Under the pieces are notes generated by a model. The model worked only from the letters and a program-made list of their open reading frames with translations. It was not told the origin of the DNA and ran no database searches. A DNA stretch of 48,877 nucleotides, filler included, from Stramenopiles sp. TOSAG23-2 (taxonomy: Eukaryota), in NCBI GenBank assembly GCA_900128395.1. It is 2 parts of 2 records of this genome, joined end to end, with 100 filler letters (N's around TTAATTAATTAA, not from the genome) between each part and the next. Parts side by side here need not be neighbours in the genome. Positions count along the whole stretch, not along the records: positions 24,509 to 48,877 come from LT649467.1; 1 more part is not named here. One strand, given 5' to 3'. How positions within the stretch are numbered: the stretch's first letter is position 1; each line of letters opens with the position of its first letter. The position numbers and the translations under genes were made by a program. Below are positions 43,717-48,877 of the stretch, piece by piece.

Positions 43717-44958
43717 TTATTTTAACCATGGATGTTGTAAAGCCTCTTCACATGACATTCGTTGCAGAGAATCCGCATTTAACAATCTTGATATAAAATC
43801 TTTACCCTCTTTTGACAATTCCCGATTCCATATTATATTCTCTTCATCAAAATTACCGGAAATAACATCTCGATATATCTCTTCATGCAAATGCTTTCCA
43901 TCGCTGTCAAATGGGTGCTGCCCAACAATAATACAATATAAGGATACACCAAGAGCCCATAAATCAACTGCAGGACCATATGATTCTCGCTTCATCATTT
44001 CCGGAGCCCAAAAAGCAAACGTTCCTTCAGCATCGTCTGGATTTGGCTTAACTACCACATTATTGTTACGGCGAATTTCACATTTAACTGCCATGCCAAA
44101 ATCAATCAATACAAACCTTGGATCATCTTTATTACGTAATTGTTCACGTTTCACTAATATATTTTCTGGTTTCACATCTCGATGGATCACGCCACGCTCA
44201 TGTACATATTTCAACGCATTTAACATTTCCCTTGCAGTTTGGCGTGCGGCACTTTCACTTAAAACGCCATTCTCACTTACCCAGCTGTCAAAGGCTACTC
44301 CTTTGACGAAATCAAATACTAGGTATACTTTATTATTTTTTTCTATTACATCACGCAACGAGCATATACCTTGATGGTCATTGCCTAAATGTTTCAATAT
44401 ATCAACTTCCTCTTTGACAGTTGCAATGTTTACTAAATTTAAATCTATTTCTTTGACTGCATAAGTCTTTCCAGTATCCAAATCAGTTGCTGAACGAACG
44501 ACGCCAAAAGAACCTTGTCCAACTGTTTTACCAAAAGTATATCGACCAATCTTTTTAGACCTGATCCGGCCTGATGTGGTAGTACTTATTTCGTTCTTGT
44601 TATAACTGTAATTAATTGCCAACGTCTTATTTTGTATGTTTCTTCTATTACTACTACTATTCCTTCCTATTGTTGATAAAGAATTGTAATGTGCATTATG
44701 TTTTGAACCTTCTGAGTCTACGAAATATAACGCTCCACCACATAATAAAACCACACCTCCAGCGGCAGCTTGTATCATAGATTTATTCCCATTCAAATTT
44801 GTATTTCTAATATAAGATGGATGCGATATAAAACGTTTAAAACTATGAGATAAAGATTGTTGATGACTTGAAGATGAAGGTTGCCTTACAATTTCGCTAA
44901 TTTTTTTTCCATTACTTTTTTTCATGATTCTATTTATCATACGTTTAGTTAAATTCAT
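43717..44958 (-). CDS. CAMK-group Ser/Thr protein kinase with N-terminal presequence-like and transmembrane segment
   Basis: GQGSFG, YAVK, HRDVKPEN, DFG, WAPE, DLWALG, ALQHPW. Confidence 0.92.
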   Translation of the reverse strand: MNLTKRMINRIMKKSNGKKISEIVRQPSSSSHQQSLSHSFKRFISHPSYIRNTNLNGNKSMIQAAAGGVVLLCGGALYFVDSEGSKHNAHYNSLSTIGRNSSSNRRNIQNKTLAINYSYNKNEISTTTSGRIRSKKIGRYTFGKTVGQGSFGVVRSATDLDTGKTYAVKEIDLNLVNIATVKEEVDILKHLGNDHQGICSLRDVIEKNNKVYLVFDFVKGVAFDSWVSENGVLSESAARQTAREMLNALKYVHERGVIHRDVKPENILVKREQLRNKDDPRFVLIDFGMAVKCEIRRNNNVVVKPNPDDAEGTFAFWAPEMMKRESYGPAVDLWALGVSLYCIIVGQHPFDSDGKHLHEEIYRDVISGNFDEENIIWNRELSKEGKDFISRLLNADSLQRMSCEEALQHPWLK

Positions 44959-45877
44959 TATTAATGAAAATAATCTTCTATGTTCTTTCTATTTCTGTTC
45001 TATTACAATCAAAAAATATTCCTTACACTATATAATAACTATTGTGTGTAGTAAAATTATACTACTATAAATATATATGTAAAAATAAAGATTCACAAAA
45101 ATACTTTGTAAAAAATTTCGTTCCCTTGAATAATAATATAGTGAAAAGTAATGAACAAACGGGAGAAGAAAACTATAAGTTTTTTATTATCGCTATAAAA
45201 AATGTATTATTGCAATTAATCTATGCTTGATTGTTAAATTTCTGTTGTGTCATTATACGTATTATAAATTCTACATCATATCGTTATTTGTATTTATTTA
45301 GTTGCATTTGTTCTGTATTATACATACTGTATGTATTTGTATGAAACCGGCCGGCTATTTCGCACTACCACACTACCACAATTCTTATTTCAAATACAAT
45401 AATGAGAAGGCCAGAAAATACAATGGAATAGCATCATTAATAATATTTAGAATTATGATAACAAGAATTCCTGGCCTGCCCGGCCTGGGCTGGAATGTTA
45501 ATACATGGAGTGTTCTTTAGATCTAGGAGTGTTCCAATAGTGTTCTGGTGTTCTCTGTACAATACAAGTATTTCAAACATCACGGTGCCCTCGCATCGCA
45601 CCCTTAATTAGATAAAGAGGAAGACCAGGTATTATTTAAGGTAAAGACGCAGACTCTATCTTTGATGACCAAAAAATTTTATCGTTAATGTACACATAAC
45701 TTATAATAGACATACATATTACTTATACATTTGGATAGACATATCGATATACTCCTTTTGCGTACATCAATATTTTTACATATAATTTTAGATAGACATA
45801 CATCAATAACCACGCACACATATACATAGAAACATCTTCAATAATAATCATAAGAAGACAAAGCGATAGATACAAAT

Positions 45878-46327
45878 ATGTACATATATATAATTATATA
45901 TGCATTAAAGGAAAAGAATAATAATATCAATGGTGTACCAAAAGGGACCTATTTTTGCTACTGGGACAATGGAAGTGTTACATCCCCAATCAATAATAAT
46001 AAAAATATGAATCATGGTGTCGGTAGTCCACGTTACAACAATGATCATAATAATAATGAATTTCCTATCTCCAGAAATCATTCCCCCTCACCATATATTA
46101 ATATCAATCATCAACCAAATAATTTAAAACAAAAGCAGAAATTAATTTTGCCAAGTCAAATACGAAATACTTCTTTACTTCGTGGAATGCGACGCGTAGG
46201 TGGTGGAACGATGAAGCCATCGGCATCACCAATATTGCCGCAATTTTCACCTGTCAAACAACGTCAAAACAATGGACGGCATGGTAATTATAGAAGAAAT
46301 GCTTTAGGTCGGAACAATAGTGTTTAA
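45878..46327 (+). CDS. Hypothetical Asn/Pro-rich disordered protein (5' end uncertain)
   Basis: 149-aa ORF. The 3' two-thirds look coding; the 5' end runs through an (AT)n tract. Confidence 0.35.
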   Translation: MYIYIIIYALKEKNNNINGVPKGTYFCYWDNGSVTSPINNNKNMNHGVGSPRYNNDHNNNEFPISRNHSPSPYININHQPNNLKQKQKLILPSQIRNTSLLRGMRRVGGGTMKPSASPILPQFSPVKQRQNNGRHGNYRRNALGRNNSV

Positions 46328-46602
46328 ATGATACGTGAAGAACATATATGTGAATAAAAGCGTGTAAAAAGTATTTTATGTATATTAATAATTCAATAAT
46401 CTGCTTTTTATACTAGCTACTATTTGCATGCTAAATTTATTATTCGATTTTATTCATATTGGCACGTGGAGATAAATATGTATATCCGGGATTGTGCAGA
46501 TATTATTTATATTATACATTATAATATAAAGAATAGAAGTAGTATAATCATATATATATATATACATATATTTACGAAGCTTTCAGGTATATATATGTAA
46601 TC

Positions 46603-47679
46603 ATGGGGCAAATGTGCACAGGTGGGCGGAAATCCATGTTAATGAACAAACATGGAAAATTAAATAAAAGTGTTGCACATGCGAAATATAGTTATATGGA
46701 TACAAATGATGATACTATTCATGCTGTCGAACAATTAAGCTTATCTGAATATTATACCATCTTAGCCGTTGATGTGACAAATTTACAATCAACTGGGAAG
46801 TTTCCTACACGTCGTGATTTTATAGAGTCAATCGATGAAAATGATTTCGAACGTAGAGATGCCATTATCGAATTGATGGTAGTTAGTAATAGCAAAGAGT
46901 TATGGACAACCTTTAATGAATATATCAAAAATAATAAAACCACCAATTTACATATAAATTGGCCTGGAATTGCACACTTAGCAATATATATACAAGAATT
47001 GGGTCATTTTGAATATATTTTCAATAGTTGTGAACAATGGGATATTAATACCATCCATGAGTTGTTTGAAAGTTGTGTCAATAGCGGCGGACTTGGTGGT
47101 CTTGAAATTGCGAAATGTATATTGTCTAAACACAAATTCGATAATAATAATAGCGACAAGAAAAAAAGTAGTAACACTAATTATGACTATAATAATAATC
47201 AACCCATTAATATTAATAGAAGAAATGGAAAAGGTGAAACATATTTATATATTGCATGTAAGCATTCATTGGACGAAGATTTTATCAAAATGTTATTACA
47301 AAATGGAGCTGATCCTAGATTAAAAAGTAATGAAGATAAAGATGCTTTGGATATTGCAAAATCTATTTTGAAAGTAAGAAATACATTTGAAAATGATAAA
47401 GCAAATTATGTACAAATTTTACACGATCAAAAAAACTACAAATTAACAGGATGTGGTTATAATGGCTATGAAGAAGCTGCAGATCAAATCAGTATATCTA
47501 CTACAATTATTAAATTGTTGGAAGAAGAGAAAGCTCGGTTAGCAAATGGGAAAGATAATGAATCGATAGGAAAGATAGAATCATCAAAAGAAAATGTTGT
47601 CACAAAGAAAGAAGACGATGATGTCAAACCAACGACAGAAGAGACAACTACGAAGATGGAGGAGGAGGAAAAAAATTGA
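46603..47679 (+). CDS. Ankyrin-repeat protein with putative N-terminal acylation motif
   Basis: INRRNGKGETYLYIACK...FIKMLLQNGADPRLKSNEDKDALDIA; N-terminus MGQMC; acidic tail. Confidence 0.85.
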   Translation: MGQMCTGGRKSMLMNKHGKLNKSVAHAKYSYMDTNDDTIHAVEQLSLSEYYTILAVDVTNLQSTGKFPTRRDFIESIDENDFERRDAIIELMVVSNSKELWTTFNEYIKNNKTTNLHINWPGIAHLAIYIQELGHFEYIFNSCEQWDINTIHELFESCVNSGGLGGLEIAKCILSKHKFDNNNSDKKKSSNTNYDYNNNQPININRRNGKGETYLYIACKHSLDEDFIKMLLQNGADPRLKSNEDKDALDIAKSILKVRNTFENDKANYVQILHDQKNYKLTGCGYNGYEEAADQISISTTIIKLLEEEKARLANGKDNESIGKIESSKENVVTKKEDDDVKPTTEETTTKMEEEEKN

Positions 47680-48052
47680 AAAGGAACATTTTTATACGTA
47701 TAATATAAAGAGCCTGGAGAGAGTATATATCACATTTGCACATTTTTACATTTTCAAACGCACATTTTTTTTTCCACAAATAATTTATATATATATATAC
47801 GATCGTATGTATTTTAACGCGCTCATTTTTGAGAGAGATATGTTTTTAATTAATAGAGTGTGCGTACATAATGTGACTAAGGGAAGGATAGTATCATATT
47901 TTATTTTTTTATATATGAATATTTACTTTATATATTAAATAAAATACGTATATTCTTTACATATTTTTTAATTTTTTGTCATAAAAAATAAAATACTCTG
48001 TCTCTTTCGCGTGTTTTTCTCCTCAAATTCTAAAACACATACGCATTCTCTC

Positions 48053-48592
48053 TTAAAATCCTCGTCTAGTTACCGTTTGGTCTACTACAACGCCATATTT
48101 TTCATATGCATATTTTGGGTCTATTTTCGCCAATTCTTCGTAGCTTATTGAATTGGAACCATCTACATCAAAAAGTTTTGCTTTATTTTGCATATCTTCA
48201 GTGGGTAACTCCGGAATCATCACATGATCTTTTAATCCACCTGGTTGTATTGAATGGTGATCATCGACTATAATACCAGAACCTTTCAATTCATCGATAA
48301 CCGCTTGAGAATGTAAGTGTTGTACACCAGTATATTGTGCAATATCTACAGTGCCTCTTATAATACCAAGGCATACATCGCTGCCTTCTTTGTTCGGGTA
48401 GGAGAGCCAGTGAGCATGATCATCGGAATTTGCACCAATTTGACCATCTCTAGGAGCACAGGAAACACCCCAACATTTTAATGTAGCAACTGCTTTTGTA
48501 TTTCCTTGCGATGTATGAAATAAGATTGGTGTCATGCCTTTTGTTATTTCACGAGCTTCAGTCGTACGAGCACCTGCTATTGAAAGTGTAAA
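48053..48592 (-). CDS. 3' exon of a hypothetical protein with an EF-hand-like motif
   Basis: The frame is open upstream of the Met at 48535 to 48592 (FTLSIAGARTTEAREITKG) and is preceded by a CTTAG acceptor and AT-rich intron-like DNA. EF-hand-like LFDVDGSNSISYEEL. Confidence 0.6.
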   Translation of the reverse strand, partial: FTLSIAGARTTEAREITKGMTPILFHTSQGNTKAVATLKCWGVSCAPRDGQIGANSDDHAHWLSYPNKEGSDVCLGIIRGTVDIAQYTGVQHLHSQAVIDELKGSGIIVDDHHSIQPGGLKDHVMIPELPTEDMQNKAKLFDVDGSNSISYEELAKIDPKYAYEKYGVVVDQTVTRRGF

Positions 48593-48798
48593 CTAAGTAT
48601 GCTTGTATAACGATTTTTCATATATCATATATTATTTATTATAAAAAATACGAATATATATATACTTTCGTGTATATAATATTATATATATATTATACGT
48701 ATATATCCATTTGAAATCATATGCTGATAGAATATTAGACAGACGTGCATTAGAGCTTTAATAGTGTATCATAGGCCATCAATATATCCCTAGGGGTC

Positions 48799-48826
48799 CA
48801 AATTTGCTCCATATGGAGCAAATTTG
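48799..48826. repeat. Perfect 28-bp palindrome CAAATTTGCTCCATATGGAGCAAATTTG
   Basis: Identical to its reverse complement. Adjacent to the 8-bp palindrome CCCTAGGG (48788-48795). Confidence 0.95.
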
Positions 48827-48877
48827 ATTTGTGGGCATTATTTCCAGCTCTAATTAGAATACGCATTGTACAGATTG

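Noticed and set aside
520-48592. Alternative nuclear genetic code
   Set aside because: Long conserved ORFs have no in-frame stops, and TAA, TGA and TAG all terminate genes at plausible positions.

Overview
AT-rich, gene-dense, very intron-poor eukaryotic nuclear DNA in the standard genetic code. The likely source is a flagellated protist, possibly stramenopile-like; this is inference from gene content and domain architectures only. The window is two separate ~24.4-kb pieces joined by an artificial N44-TTAATTAATTAA-N44 spacer (24409-24508), so nothing across that point is linked. Left piece: a frameshifted hypothetical gene, UBC9 (one 86-nt GT-AG intron), a MYND-finger/DOT1-like methyltransferase fusion, a YTHDC2-like R3H DEAH helicase, CSN4, a bacterial-type cysteine synthase, a hypothetical gene, a USP32-like deubiquitinase, a PPP1R36-like protein, a Dpy-30/RIIa-domain protein and a bacterial-type DUF849 beta-keto acid cleavage enzyme. 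Right piece: a Pif1 helicase (SAM-like and GRF-like extras), kinesin-13, an LRR relic, proteasome alpha-6, a coiled-coil protein with QSAR repeats, a 2183-aa Sfi1-repeat/GAF/EF-hand protein, a CAMK-like kinase, an ankyrin protein and a partial EF-hand-like gene. No rRNA, tRNA, CRISPR or recognisable transposase was found. The best leads are unusual domain architectures, two probable horizontally acquired mitochondrial enzymes, and non-coding palindrome/hairpin and motif patterns in intergenic DNA. All family assignments come from motif recognition by eye; no database searches were run.
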